From the NCBI GenBank assembly GCA_019192545.1, contig JAHCMI010000078.1:10030-42029 (forward strand): a DNA stretch of 32,000 nt. Reading direction: 5' to 3'. Made by a program: the position numbers and the translations under genes. Shown here one piece after another: positions 9,403-19,353 of this stretch (position 1 is its first letter; every line of letters begins with the position of its first letter). This DNA comes from Rivularia sp. MS3. Its GTDB lineage: Bacteria; Cyanobacteriota; Cyanobacteriia; Cyanobacteriales; Nostocaceae. Under the pieces are notes generated by a model. The model saw only the letters and a program-made list of their open reading frames with translations. It searched no databases and was not told the origin of the DNA.

Positions 9403-9480
9403 TAATTACCTAAAATTCAATTAATCATGAACTACATATGATGCTAATCTAATCTTACGAACGCTAAGTAATTTACATCA

Positions 9481-9948
9481 ATGGTTCAAACATCAGATAG
9501 TTCCCCTATATCAGATTCTGCGAAACAACAGCGGGCACCTTACAGTATTGACTATAAAATTAAGCTACTAGCACAATTGTTATCGCGCAGGTTTAACGAA
9601 CATCTCGAACATTTAAAGTTAACTCCTTTTCATTGGATTGTATTGTGCTGTTTGTGGGAAGAGGATGGTTTACCTACTTCTAGTATCGGAGAAAAGCTTA
9701 AACAAGTTGGCGGTACTTTGACTGGTGTTATTGATAGGATGGAAGAAAGAGGTTTGGTACGTCGGGAGCGAAATTTACAGGATAGACGAGTTTGGCGGAT
9801 ATGGTTGACGGATGATGGTAAAGAGCTTGAAAAGGTTTTGCCGCCGATTGTTGAAGAGATTCGACAAGAAGCAATGCAGGGTTTCTCCGATAGCGATCGC
9901 CAACTTTTTTCGCAGTTGTTAAATAGGGCAGTTGCGAATTTATCTTAG
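9481..9948 (+). CDS. MarR family transcriptional regulator
   Basis: 155 aa. The winged-helix core LTPFHWIVLCCLWEEDGLPTSSIGEKL...LTGVIDRMEERGLVRRERNLQDRRVWRIWLTDDG is classic MarR. Confidence 0.88.
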   Translation: MVQTSDSSPISDSAKQQRAPYSIDYKIKLLAQLLSRRFNEHLEHLKLTPFHWIVLCCLWEEDGLPTSSIGEKLKQVGGTLTGVIDRMEERGLVRRERNLQDRRVWRIWLTDDGKELEKVLPPIVEEIRQEAMQGFSDSDRQLFSQLLNRAVANLS

Positions 9949-10408
9949 TTTAATCGAATTAAATTCTATTTACTTTTCAATATTTTAAATTAAACAATAT
10001 TTTTCGAGTTTTATAAATTTCCCGCTGGGTAAAAGCCGCTTTTATCAAGTAATTTAGAAAAGCAATTTGAGTATATCTAGTATCTAAGTTAATTGCTTGT
10101 CGAGCAAGAGTTGTATCGGCATTATCCCATAGGATACTTTTAATCATTAAATGCATACTTTTCTTGATATCAAACTCTGCCGCAGATTCTGGAAAAACTG
10201 CATACATTTAAATAGTCGAAAGAAAGTCAGGATGTTTACGTGAATTTACGCTTTAAACGTAACATCTAATAATTTATAAAAAATAAATATAGTTATTAAC
10301 TATGTTATTGCATCTAAAGTTTGCGTAGTTTTATTTTTAAAGCTCGAAAATTCATATTGCTTTATTAAATTGATAGCAATCAAATTTAGCTACATAAATA
10401 ATATTTTT

Positions 10409-11491
10409 ATGAAAAAAAGAGATTATTCCTTAGATGTTATCAAAGGAATTGCCTGTATTTTAATGTTAATTGCCCATTCTCAAATTAATATTTCCAACAA
10501 ACTGATTTTTTTTGTCACACAAATGAGTGGGTTTGCCCCCATTTTGTTTTTCGCAGTGTCTGGTGTAACTACAACTTTTCAAATTGCTAAAAATAAAATT
10601 AGTAACATTTTCGTTTTCTATTTTTTGTTAGCGCTTCTAGGAATATCTTATAATGCTATTTGGCGACCTCAAAATATTTTTGATCGAGGAATAGAATGTA
10701 ATATTTTACAAATTATTGCCATCGGTGTAATTATAGTTAGTTTGATTGAATATTATTTTAAGCCTCCAAAAGTATATTATCTTTTGTTTACAGCAGTAAC
10801 TTTTGGAATTCATTATCTATTTACACAAATTCTACAGACACCGAATCTTATTTTTACCCATTTTCTATTTGTTGGAGATGCTGCTGGAAAAACATTTCCT
10901 ATATTTCCTTGGGTTTCCATATTTTTCATGGGTATATTTGCTTATTATATTAAGAATTATGGAAATTTATTCATAAGTTTATCTATCATATTTTATTCAC
11001 TAATATTATTATTTTTTCATCCTCAATATATTAGTTTGGTAGATAAAAAGTGGGATATGTCTTTGGTTTATTTTTTACGTTCTTCTAGCCTACTATTTTT
11101 ATCTTTTTATATTGCAAGAAAATATATTCGGTATTTTTCTGATAATAATATACTTGTTTGGTTAGGCAAAAATTCACTTTTATTCTTGTATATACATTTT
11201 ATTCCTGTAATGTTTTTGTTTCCAAGCATGAAAATTGATAATGCTTATTTGGTTTGGTTAAGTCGCTGTTTGATTTCTATTTTAATCATGCAAGCAGTAA
11301 AATACCTAAATAAATTTATTGCTAATTATTTTACAAATATTTATGTATGGATTTTAATGTTAGCTGTTATTCTTATAATTCCAATTATTTTGAATAATTT
11401 AACTACAATTAAATATCTAGAATTGGGAGTCGGAATTTTATTCGCCAGTAATTATCAAGTTCTACCAAAACTATTGAAACAAATAGAATAA
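10409..11491 (+). CDS. Polytopic membrane protein, DUF1624/HGSNAT-like or acyltransferase-3-like
   Basis: I prefer ATG 10409. The N-terminus MKKRDYSLDVIKGIACILMLIAHS has the R..SLD..KG......HS signature of these families, followed by about 10 predicted TM helices. By eye, GC content is far below the flanking genes. Confidence 0.62.
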   Translation: MKKRDYSLDVIKGIACILMLIAHSQINISNKLIFFVTQMSGFAPILFFAVSGVTTTFQIAKNKISNIFVFYFLLALLGISYNAIWRPQNIFDRGIECNILQIIAIGVIIVSLIEYYFKPPKVYYLLFTAVTFGIHYLFTQILQTPNLIFTHFLFVGDAAGKTFPIFPWVSIFFMGIFAYYIKNYGNLFISLSIIFYSLILLFFHPQYISLVDKKWDMSLVYFLRSSSLLFLSFYIARKYIRYFSDNNILVWLGKNSLLFLYIHFIPVMFLFPSMKIDNAYLVWLSRCLISILIMQAVKYLNKFIANYFTNIYVWILMLAVILIIPIILNNLTTIKYLELGVGILFASNYQVLPKLLKQIE

Positions 11492-11709
11492 TATCTTTTT
11501 TTGGGAGGTATGGGAATGATGTAAATTTCTTTCTCAACTTCAAATTCTGTACCTTTTGCCTTCTTTGCGGTTATTTTCATCCCAAACCGGTGTTAATAGA
11601 TTTGATGTAATACTCTGCCAGATTAATCTTGATATTGCTGAATTAAGTTATCAAACATATAGCGGTTTTCGGCTAATTGTAATTTCCAACTAAACCCTTC
11701 TTTAAGCAT

Positions 11710-11736
11710 TCTCTCCTCAACAAAGGAGAGATTTTT
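11710..11736 (+). terminator. Rho-independent terminator-like hairpin
   Basis: TCTCTCC (11710-11716) pairs with GGAGAGA (11725-11731) across an 8-nt loop, followed by TTTTT. It lies about 220 nt downstream of the DUF1624-like gene stop. Confidence 0.55.
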
Positions 11737-11838
11737 ACGATAACTAAAATTTTTAGTTTTGTATTCTACTAAGTGTCAAATCTGCTATAAGTTAACTCCA
11801 GTTAGCAATCAATTTAACGTCTCGTGAAGAATTTTCTC

Positions 11839-12327
11839 TTACTCATCCTCGCTTTCAACAAAGGTTGAATTGAATTTAATTTTTCTCGCTCTATACCAAA
11901 AATCATTTACTTCATTCCAAAGAGTTCCGCGATTCGGTTTATTGATAGGAAAATCTGTAGGAATGCTGGCAAAAGAACTCAAATCATTACCATTTGCAGA
12001 AACAATGTAGCCGGTTTCCTCTTTCTCATCAATTCCGACAATGTAAGTGGGTGCGGGATATGATGACAAACCAGTTACGGATTCTTGAGAAAATTTAACT
12101 TTTAAACGTTTATCTTTTTTTGTATATCCAGTTTTTGTACTTTTTAACTGTACGTAGCAAAAAGGAAGAAAATCTTTTTGTCCGATTAATTCTATTATGC
12201 AGTCAACGTGAGGTAATATATCATCATCTAAAAATCGGACGTTAAAAATAGCTCCATCATCAGAATGAGCTTCTGTCATTAAAGTCACAAAAATATCTTT
12301 TACTGATTGTTCTAATTCATTCGCCAT
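11839..12327 (-). CDS. DUF4365-like protein (restriction-endonuclease / PD-(D/E)xK-like fold), domain only
   Basis: 162 aa. GGGAGA lies 9 nt upstream of the ATG. The core HVDCIIELIG....FCYVQLKSTK resembles the D...(I/V)E ... vQvKs signature I remember for DUF4365. Confidence 0.55.
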   Translation of the reverse strand: MANELEQSVKDIFVTLMTEAHSDDGAIFNVRFLDDDILPHVDCIIELIGQKDFLPFCYVQLKSTKTGYTKKDKRLKVKFSQESVTGLSSYPAPTYIVGIDEKEETGYIVSANGNDLSSFASIPTDFPINKPNRGTLWNEVNDFWYRARKIKFNSTFVESEDE

Positions 12328-12474
12328 CTAACCAAATCTCCCGGTACAACAAGTAATATCGCTTTTAATTCCACAAATAATCTGTACAAAATTAAAAGAT
12401 TCGTCGATGCTTAGTTTTAGGGGAAGAGAATCTACACCCCAAACTTTCCGCTTGCGCGACTCTACGTTAAAGAA

Positions 12475-12753
12475 CTATTTAAATCTTTCTATGTCAAAAA
12501 TGTCAACACAAGCACTTCGGATATATTTAATATCTTCCAAACTATCAACATCAAGCTTTTTAATGGACAAAACAAAATAAGAGCCGATTATACGTAGATC
12601 AAATGGTATCACATCAGTAGGAATATCAAATATCCATCCCCTGCCTGCCCATGCTGTATTTTCTGAGCGTTGCCAAATTACTTGTGTATATCCATTATTT
12701 AAATGAAAAATTACTCTTACTATTTCCTTTTCAAGAATAAATTCCTCTTTCAT
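12475..12753 (-). CDS. Hypothetical 92-aa protein, no recognisable family
   Basis: Clean ORF with no competing frame, same strand as the DUF4365-like gene and 147 nt upstream of it. Coding status rests on ORF length alone. Confidence 0.45.
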   Translation of the reverse strand: MKEEFILEKEIVRVIFHLNNGYTQVIWQRSENTAWAGRGWIFDIPTDVIPFDLRIIGSYFVLSIKKLDVDSLEDIKYIRSACVDIFDIERFK

Positions 12754-12777
12754 TGAACTGTTTTGCTATTAAATAAG

Positions 12778-12874
12778 GGCAGGCAAGGATGCCTACCCCA
12801 CAATCAATTAATCCAAAATTTTGGAGAATAAAGGCAGGCAAGCATACCCACCCCACAATCAATTAATCCAAAAT
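12778..12874. repeat. Two 42-bp direct repeats (period 55 bp), each holding a minus-strand terminator-type hairpin after acs
   Basis: GGCAGGCAAGGATGCCTACCCCACAATCAATTAATCCAAAAT (12778-12819) and GGCAGGCAAGCATACCCACCCCACAATCAATTAATCCAAAAT (12833-12874) differ at 3 of 42 positions. On the minus strand each gives a GC-rich hairpin (GGGGTAGGCA-TCCT-TGCCTGCCC) followed by a T-rich run. Confidence 0.7.
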
Positions 12875-12897
12875 CCAAAATTCAAAATCTAAAATTG

Positions 12898-14868
12898 CTA
12901 CGCTTCTGTGCGTAATTTATCTAATACGCTGATATCTTCTAAAGTCGAAGTGTCACCAGATACCTCTTGCCCTGCCGCAAGATTTCTTAACAAGCGCCGC
13001 ATAATCTTACCGGAACGGGTTTTTGGTAAAGCGTCGGTAAAACGAATTTCACCAGGGCGGGCGATCGCGCCGATTTCGCTGACTACGTGCTTTTTCAGTT
13101 CTTTATTTAATTCTTCGCTGCCTTGATTGCCGCCTTCCAAGGTGACAAATGCAACAATTTCTTCACCTTTAACTTCATCGGGTTTTCCGACTACAGCGGC
13201 TTCAGCTACAGCAGGATGGGAAACAAGGGCAGATTCAACTTCCATCGTACCAAGGCGATGACCGGATATATTCAATACGTCGTCTACCCGTCCCATTACC
13301 CAGAAGTAACCGTCTTCATCTTTTCTTGCGCCATCGCCAGCGAAGTAAAGATATTTACCGTCTTTAGGAGCAATATGCTCCCAATAGGTGCGTCGGAAAC
13401 GGTCTGGATCGCCGTATACTGTTCTCATCATGCCTGGCCAGGGATGACGAACTACGAGATATCCACCTTCGTTATCTTTAACAGGATTGCCGTCTAAGTC
13501 TACGATATCTGCAAGAATGCCGGGAAAAGGACGAGTTGCCGAACCGGGTTTAGTAGGAATAGCACCTGGTAAAGGTGTAATCATCACGCCGCCGGTTTCA
13601 GTTTGCCACCATGTATCGACAATGGGACATTTTTCTCCACCAATTACTTGGTGATACCACATCCAAGCTTCCGGGTTAATTGGTTCGCCTACAGTCCCCA
13701 ATAACCGCAAAGATGATAAATCCCGCGCTTTCGGATGTTCGTCGCCCATTTTGATAAAAGCTCGAATTGCTGTAGGTGCAGTATAGAAAACTGTCACGCC
13801 GTACTTTTCTACAACATCCCAGAAACAGCCGGGATTTGATTTACGCGGCGCACCTTCATACATTACCGTCGTTGCGCCATTAGAAAGCGGCCCGTAAACA
13901 ATGTAGCTATGTCCGGTAATCCAACCTACGTCAGCAGTACACCAATATACATCTGTATCTTGTAGATCGAATATCCATTTGGTGGTCATGTGGCTGTAAA
14001 GGTTGTAGCCACCTGTGGTATGAACCACACCTTTGGGTTTGCCGGTGCTGCCAGAAGTGTATAAAACAAACAATACATCTTCAGCATCCATCGGCTCTGC
14101 GGGACAATCTGCGGAAACATCCTTTTGCAAATCGTGCCACCAATAATCCCTTCCTGACTGCATTTCAATATCTTGTTTAGTGCGCTGCACCACCAAGACA
14201 TTTTCTACAGAAGGAGCAGCGTTATTTTCTAAGGCTTTGTCAACTTGTGGTTTAAGAGCAACTATCGAATCCTTACGAAAACCACCATCAGCAGTAATTA
14301 CCACCTTGGCTTTTGCGTCGTTGAGTCTATCCCGTAAAGCTTCCGCACTGAAACCACCGAATACAACACTGTGAGGTGCGCCGATTCTGGCACAAGCTAA
14401 CATTGCCACAGCAGCCTCGGGAATCATCGGCATATAGATGCCTACAGTATCGCCTTTTTTTACCCCTAATTGTTTCAGGGCGTTAGCGAATTGACTAACT
14501 TCGCGGTGTAACTGTGCGTAAGTGATGGTGCGCGAGTCTCCTGGCTCACCTTCCCAGATAATCGCGGCTTTGTTTTTGTTAGCAGTAGTAAGATGTCTAT
14601 CAAGACAGTTGTGAGAAATGTTAATTTTACCGTTAACAAACCACTTGGCAAAAGGTGGCTGCCAATCTAATACAGTATCCCACTTTTGAAACCAGTCTAA
14701 CTCTTGTTCGGCAAGTTCAGCCCAGAAAGCCTCGGGATTAGCTTTGGCTTTATCGTAAAGACGCTGATAGTCTTCCGCGCTTTTGATATGGGCATTTTGC
14801 GAAAATTCCGCAGCAGGTGGAAATAAACGCTTCTCTTGGAGAATTGATTCTATATTTGCTGTACTCAT
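12898..14868 (-). CDS. acs: Acetyl-CoA synthetase (AMP-forming)
   Basis: 656 aa. Full-length Acs pattern including [35 protein letters not shown] and [11 protein letters not shown]. Confidence 0.97.
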   Translation of the reverse strand: MSTANIESILQEKRLFPPAAEFSQNAHIKSAEDYQRLYDKAKANPEAFWAELAEQELDWFQKWDTVLDWQPPFAKWFVNGKINISHNCLDRHLTTANKNKAAIIWEGEPGDSRTITYAQLHREVSQFANALKQLGVKKGDTVGIYMPMIPEAAVAMLACARIGAPHSVVFGGFSAEALRDRLNDAKAKVVITADGGFRKDSIVALKPQVDKALENNAAPSVENVLVVQRTKQDIEMQSGRDYWWHDLQKDVSADCPAEPMDAEDVLFVLYTSGSTGKPKGVVHTTGGYNLYSHMTTKWIFDLQDTDVYWCTADVGWITGHSYIVYGPLSNGATTVMYEGAPRKSNPGCFWDVVEKYGVTVFYTAPTAIRAFIKMGDEHPKARDLSSLRLLGTVGEPINPEAWMWYHQVIGGEKCPIVDTWWQTETGGVMITPLPGAIPTKPGSATRPFPGILADIVDLDGNPVKDNEGGYLVVRHPWPGMMRTVYGDPDRFRRTYWEHIAPKDGKYLYFAGDGARKDEDGYFWVMGRVDDVLNISGHRLGTMEVESALVSHPAVAEAAVVGKPDEVKGEEIVAFVTLEGGNQGSEELNKELKKHVVSEIGAIARPGEIRFTDALPKTRSGKIMRRLLRNLAAGQEVSGDTSTLEDISVLDKLRTEA

Positions 14869-15037
14869 AATTTGTAATCAAGTTCGTTATAGTTACAATC
14901 TATTGTTAACTAATATTTGTCAGAGAATCTTTAGATTTTCCTTAAGCATAAAAGTTATGAACTATACATCTGAGGCGCATGATAGCAAGGAGTTACGAAA
15001 AGACAAAGTTAACTGATACACATTGATACATTTAGAT

Positions 15038-15070
15038 CCCCCCAACTTCTGAAAGGGGGGCTTTTTGTTT
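15038..15070 (+). terminator. Orphan terminator-like hairpin on the plus strand
   Basis: CCCCCC (15038-15043) pairs with GGGGGG (15055-15060) across an 11-nt loop, followed by CTTTTTGTTTG. No convincing plus-strand gene lies upstream. Confidence 0.4.
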
Positions 15071-15274
15071 GTATTGAGGATAGTTGTAATCAGGCTTTAA
15101 ATTTCTCAGCTATGACATCAATAATTTCGGGTGTGTGACGCTGCAATATTTTTTTATGTAGTTATAAGTTAATCCAGCCTCATGCACCAAGCATAAGTTA
15201 GAGATAATTTTAATAAAGCTTTAGAAACATCGGATATTAGCTGTGACACTAACAGTAGAACCCAATGCTTTATT

Positions 15275-15869
15275 TTGAATGATGTTTATCGTCTGTTAAG
15301 ATTGCCAACACAGTCAAATGGTTTATTTAGCGATTCTTTGACTTGGAAGCCATTAACAGAATTTGAACAAGAAGATTTATCTTGTATTCGTAATGATTTT
15401 GAGCGTTATCTTGCAGCAGGTAAAATATTTTACGATTGCTTCTTTGATGCGGTTGGCGAGTTTTTATAACGTACCAATTCGTTTAACGATAGAAGATGTA
15501 GTGGGAATAGCCATCGAAAACGAAGATAAAGTTATCAAAGGACGGATGAATATTTTAGCAGTTAATCAAGCTGAAGCTACTACTGCATCGCCTGTTGGGG
15601 TTTTGTGAATTAAAACAAAAAATAGCGCGATCGATGTATTTAAAGGTTTACCGTAATTGTTAACTTACGCTTTTAAAAGTTTAGAACAACTGCTATCTGT
15701 TTGGGGTTTAGTTACTAACGGACTTCGCTATCAATTTGTATATTTAAGTTAATCCAATCCGCCAATTTATCAATTAATGCCATCACTAAATTTAAATAAA
15801 ATACAAAGTTCGATTTTATTGTTGCAGGTAATGAAAGCTGTTTGTCAATTACCAAGTTTTAGTTTATAG
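15275..15869 (+). pseudogene. Decayed HsdR_N-like / restriction-endonuclease-fold gene (family common in cyanobacteria)
   Basis: One protein-like sequence is spread over two frames, with a frameshift near 15425-15440. There are in-frame stops at 15606-15608 (TGA), 15654-15656 (TAA) and a TAA in the 15751-15760 sequence block, before the final TAG at 15867-15869. Pieces: LRLPTQSNG..LTEFEQEDLSCIRNDFERYL / IASLMRLASFYNVPIRLTIED..KVIKGRMNILAV / VL*IKTKNSAIDVFKGLP*LLTYA / WGLVTNGLRYQFVYL. They follow the order I remember for intact homologues (..GRIDxLVV...VVESK...PQ.LAYM...G..TNG..F.F.KL). Confidence 0.55.
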
Positions 15870-16012
15870 GGAATAATTATTGTCAACTGCCAATATATAA
15901 ATAGTGGTGCATTATTAAGATAATGCCAAACTCAGTTGATCGAAGTTCAGCTAGAAATTCTAACCATAATCATTACCAATAATGCACCACCACAGCTTAT
16001 TTTTAAATAAAC

Positions 16013-16537
16013 TTAACCAACGGGAACTAAATCAACTTCTTCTGTTCCGTCAGTTTCACCTTGTCCCGATGTTATTTGTTCTTTATTACCCTCAAGTTCA
16101 ACAGCTAAATTTGTGCCACCTAAATTAACGTTGTAGTCGGTAGCATCGGCAGTATATCCTACACTAGCTACCATTTTCCGACCTTCATCAGTATATTTAA
16201 AGCCCAATAACTGATTTTTTTCTTTTTCGTTATCGTAAGCCCAAATTACCATATACTGTTGACCTTGATATTCAAAGATTTTGGGTGGGCGAGTGGGAAC
16301 ATAACGCCCAGGAGAGCCAAAGCTAGCATCAAGGAAAGGCTGTACTGATTCAGCTTCTACACTGACATAAGCAACTTCTTCTGGTGATACCTCAACTTCT
16401 GTATCTTCAGCTTTTTCTGGATCTGGCTCTTCTTTATCGCGATTTTGAAAATAATCAACGGCTTTTTTTACACCATAGCCTGTAGCAGCTACACCAGCTA
16501 CACCAGCTGCAACTTTAGCAAGATTACGAAAGTTCAT
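16013..16537 (-). CDS. Hypothetical membrane-anchored protein (N-terminal TM helix, acidic linker, beta-rich C-terminal domain)
   Basis: 174 aa. N-terminus MNFRNLAKVAAGVAGVAATGYGV, acidic linker EEPDPEKAEDTEVEVSPEE, and no recognisable family. It sits isolated between long non-coding spacers. Confidence 0.5.
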   Translation of the reverse strand: MNFRNLAKVAAGVAGVAATGYGVKKAVDYFQNRDKEEPDPEKAEDTEVEVSPEEVAYVSVEAESVQPFLDASFGSPGRYVPTRPPKIFEYQGQQYMVIWAYDNEKEKNQLLGFKYTDEGRKMVASVGYTADATDYNVNLGGTNLAVELEGNKEQITSGQGETDGTEEVDLVPVG

Positions 16538-17113
16538 TTTTTCCCCTTATTGCGATTTTGGATTAATTAGAATTTTAGAGATATGTTACTAGCTCGACAA
16601 TGGAAGAACATTAATGAAACATTCACCCTTCGTAATAATTTGCTCGTAACTTAATCACTGCAATTGATACTATCCCCAAACAAGTAATTTTGGAATACAT
16701 GCTTAAATCTCGATTGCGAGGTTATCGCGAGTTGTATTTGACTTTTCAAGGGAAAATAATATAAAAATTAAGGAAAAATTAAAGTTTGATATTTTAGTAA
16801 GCCTGTAAGTATAGTCCGTAAAATTTTTTGGCAATGATTCTTTACTATCACCAGCGGTGAGATGATTAATTCTTAGTTATTAGGACATTACCATCTACTA
16901 TTGCATTACTGCATCCTCGCTTCAATAATCGTTAATCAACATCTCAAGTGAAGAATATCAAAATATACCCCGCTTGGGTACTGTCGGATGCACATCCAAA
17001 ATTTCATAATTGAATCAGCTTCGATAAACAACATATGGAACAGGAATAACAACCTCCTATGTATATCACAGAAGTAATATAGACCATTAATTATAAAACT
17101 AGAGGATTTCATT

Positions 17114-17443
17114 ATGACTATGACAACAGCTACAGCAACTGCAACAGCTAACTTACCTCTTCTAAAAAAGGGAGATAGTGGAGATTCCGTGCGATTTCTA
17201 GAACAGTTGCTGTCTTCAATTTATTGGTTCAGTCAAAAACCAAATGCGCCCATTCTTATTACTGAAAATGTCAAATTTGACGGCGTATATGACGAGCAAT
17301 GCCAACAAATAGTAAAAGAATTCCAAGTAAACTATAACTCTACCTTTCCCGCGCCAGCACCAAATATAGCTGTAGATGGAGAAGTTGGGGAGCAAACTTG
17401 GAAAGCTTTAGGTGACGCAATCTTCAGATATACCTACTTATAA
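17114..17443 (+). CDS. Peptidoglycan-binding (PG_binding_1-like) domain protein
   Basis: 109 aa. LKKGDSGDSVRFLEQLL ... VDGEVGEQTWKALG is the signature of the PG-binding-1 three-helix domain. AGAGGA lies upstream of the ATG. Confidence 0.72.
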   Translation: MTMTTATATATANLPLLKKGDSGDSVRFLEQLLSSIYWFSQKPNAPILITENVKFDGVYDEQCQQIVKEFQVNYNSTFPAPAPNIAVDGEVGEQTWKALGDAIFRYTYL

Positions 17444-17475
17444 AATAATCGTTGAAAAGAACATCGAAGATTGTT

Positions 17476-17510
17476 TATGGGGGCATACATGCCTCCATAA
17501 TTTTTATTTT
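17476..17510 (+). terminator. Rho-independent terminator after the PG-binding gene
   Basis: TATGGGGGCA-TACA-TGCCTCCATA forms a 10-bp stem with one G-U pair (17476-17499), followed by ATTTTTATTTT. Confidence 0.75.
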
Positions 17511-17608
17511 GGTTGATAAAGATTAATTTGTATTACGTAGCCATCTCATAAATATTTCAGAAGTAAAATTTAATAGCGCCAAAAAAACGCGATGGGAAAG
17601 GTACGCAA

Positions 17609-19045
17609 ATGCTGCAATCTATCGAACAACGCATTCAAAGTATCATTAATAATCTCTTACCAAAGACAGCCATCGAAGGAAAATTCGGTACGCCAAAAAC
17701 TCTCCACGAACAATTAGAGCGTTACCATACTCCAGGAATTAGTATTGCAGTTATAAATAATTTTGAAATTGAATGGGCGCGGGGATTCGGGTTATGCGAA
17801 GCAGGAACAAGCCGCGAAGTTACTACAGATACCTTGTTTCAAGCTGGCTCAATTAGTAAACCCGTTTTTGCTTTAGCACTAATGCGTCTCGTACAAGAAG
17901 GCATTCTTAATCTTGATGAAGATGTTAATTCTTATCTCACCTCATGGCGAGTACCTGCAAATGGTGAGTGGCAACCATGTGTTACTTTGCGACAGCTACT
18001 AAGTCATACAGCAGGAATGACTGCACAAGGCTTTTACGGCTATCACGTCTCGGCTCCCTTACCTACAACAATTCAAGTGCTTAATGGTGAATTACCTGCA
18101 AATAGCGAGAAAGTAGAAGTTAATGTGATACCTGGGTTGAATTACCGCTATTCAGGTGGTGGCATGGTTGTTGCACAGCAGGTATTAGTAGATGTGCTGA
18201 AGAAACCTTTTCCAGAAATTATGCACGAATTGGTTTTACAACCGCTCGGCATGAGCAATAGCACTTATCAACAGCCGCTTTCAACTGATTGGGCAATAAA
18301 AGCAGCAACCGCTCATCCAATAAACGGCACTCCTCTAGGAGGAAAGTATTTTATCTATCCCGAAATGGCAGCAGCAGGTTTATGGAGTACACCAACAGAT
18401 TTAGCCAAGCTCGGAATCGAAATAATGCAAGTGTTGCATGGTAAATCTACTGGTTTATTGAGTAAAGAAACGATTGAAGAAATGTTGCATCCTCAGACAG
18501 AACAATCACAAGGAGCAAATGGATTATTTTTTGCATTAGGCTTTGCAGGAAATGGAACTGGTGATGGTTCTTACTTCTTTCATGACGGTACTAACATCGG
18601 ATTTATAGCATCAACGCGCTTTTATTCGCGCATTGGAAAAGGGATTGTTATTATGCTCAACTCCAATGAAGGCGAACCTTTGCGCGAGGAAATTATGAAG
18701 GCGATCGCACTTGAATACGATTATCCCGATGCATTTCCCCAAGAAAGAAAAACCGTCACTTTGTCGCAGCTTGATAGCTATTCGGGAGTCTATTTAACTA
18801 AATCTGGATTGCAATTTAAAGTAATCAATCGGGATGATAATTTGTTCTTAGAATGTCAGCAGCAACCACTTTTACAATTATTTCCAACATCAGAGTTAGA
18901 ATTTTTTGCTAAAGCCGTAAATGCAAATATTTCTTTTGAAAAAGATAATACGGGGAATATTACTGTAATGATTTTAAACCAAGCAGGTGTCATGAGTTTA
19001 AGACCGCAAGCTGATAAATATATTAGAGCAGAGAAAATTAAATGA
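17609..19045 (+). CDS. Serine hydrolase, beta-lactamase (class C / DD-peptidase) fold, with an extra C-terminal domain
   Basis: 478 aa. Contains the SxxK motif (FQAGSISKPVFALAL), YSGGG (a YxN-like position) and a late HDGTNIGF (KTG-like) motif. About 100 extra C-terminal residues. Confidence 0.86.
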   Translation: MLQSIEQRIQSIINNLLPKTAIEGKFGTPKTLHEQLERYHTPGISIAVINNFEIEWARGFGLCEAGTSREVTTDTLFQAGSISKPVFALALMRLVQEGILNLDEDVNSYLTSWRVPANGEWQPCVTLRQLLSHTAGMTAQGFYGYHVSAPLPTTIQVLNGELPANSEKVEVNVIPGLNYRYSGGGMVVAQQVLVDVLKKPFPEIMHELVLQPLGMSNSTYQQPLSTDWAIKAATAHPINGTPLGGKYFIYPEMAAAGLWSTPTDLAKLGIEIMQVLHGKSTGLLSKETIEEMLHPQTEQSQGANGLFFALGFAGNGTGDGSYFFHDGTNIGFIASTRFYSRIGKGIVIMLNSNEGEPLREEIMKAIALEYDYPDAFPQERKTVTLSQLDSYSGVYLTKSGLQFKVINRDDNLFLECQQQPLLQLFPTSELEFFAKAVNANISFEKDNTGNITVMILNQAGVMSLRPQADKYIRAEKIK

Positions 19046-19353
19046 AAGCGCCCGCAAGTAGAAGTTACAGAAAATATCTAATTGATTCGTTGCAAAATCG
19101 GCTACGTGCTGCTGGTTACATTTCGGTAATGTTGGAATTAGATGAAGATGGTTACGACGCTAAAATTTTTCGTTCCGCTTTAGAAGAAGTTGTCGAAGCA
19201 AGAAAACGCAGCGATGATTTTTCTCAAACAGCACAACAAAATTACGAACAAGCTGATAAAATACTGGCTGAAACCGGTGGTGCGGAAATTCTGAAGTTAA
19301 TTGAATTTTTAGATGCTTTGGGTTATCGAATTAGTTTGGTTGGTAAAGATTGA
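19042..19353 (+). CDS. Orphan addiction-module antidote-like protein (TIGR02684-type), paralogue of 19781-20101
   Basis: The start overlaps the hydrolase stop (ATGA at 19042-19045). Residues from VMLELDEDGYDAKIFRSALEEVVEARKRSDDFSQTAQQNYEQ onward are almost identical to the antitoxin downstream. No toxin gene directly precedes it. Confidence 0.7.
   Translation: MKAPASRSYRKYLIDSLQNRLRAAGYISVMLELDEDGYDAKIFRSALEEVVEARKRSDDFSQTAQQNYEQADKILAETGGAEILKLIEFLDALGYRISLVGKD

Noticed and set aside
9977-10207. 76-aa minus-strand ORF convergent with marR
   Set aside because: It has no recognisable family and no SD, and it lies in very AT-rich sequence where stop-free runs of this size are not convincing. 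It could be a gene remnant, but I cannot support that.
10225-10262. Imperfect palindrome GATGTTTACG...CGTAACATC upstream of the DUF1624-like gene, as a possible MarR operator
   Set aside because: It is a single bulged 9-bp inverted repeat in AT-rich DNA, and no second site or link to the marR promoter is visible. That is too weak to call.
12778-12874. Possible CRISPR array (42-bp direct repeats here; heptamer arrays elsewhere)
   Set aside because: There are only two copies with a 13-bp spacer. The heptamer arrays have no spacers at all, and no cas genes are present. These are terminator and STRR-type repeats.
14783-15016. 77-aa plus-strand ORF overlapping the acs start
   Set aside because: It overlaps the acs 5' end on the opposite strand, and the remainder is AT-rich promoter DNA. 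It is kept only as context for the possible sRNA finding.
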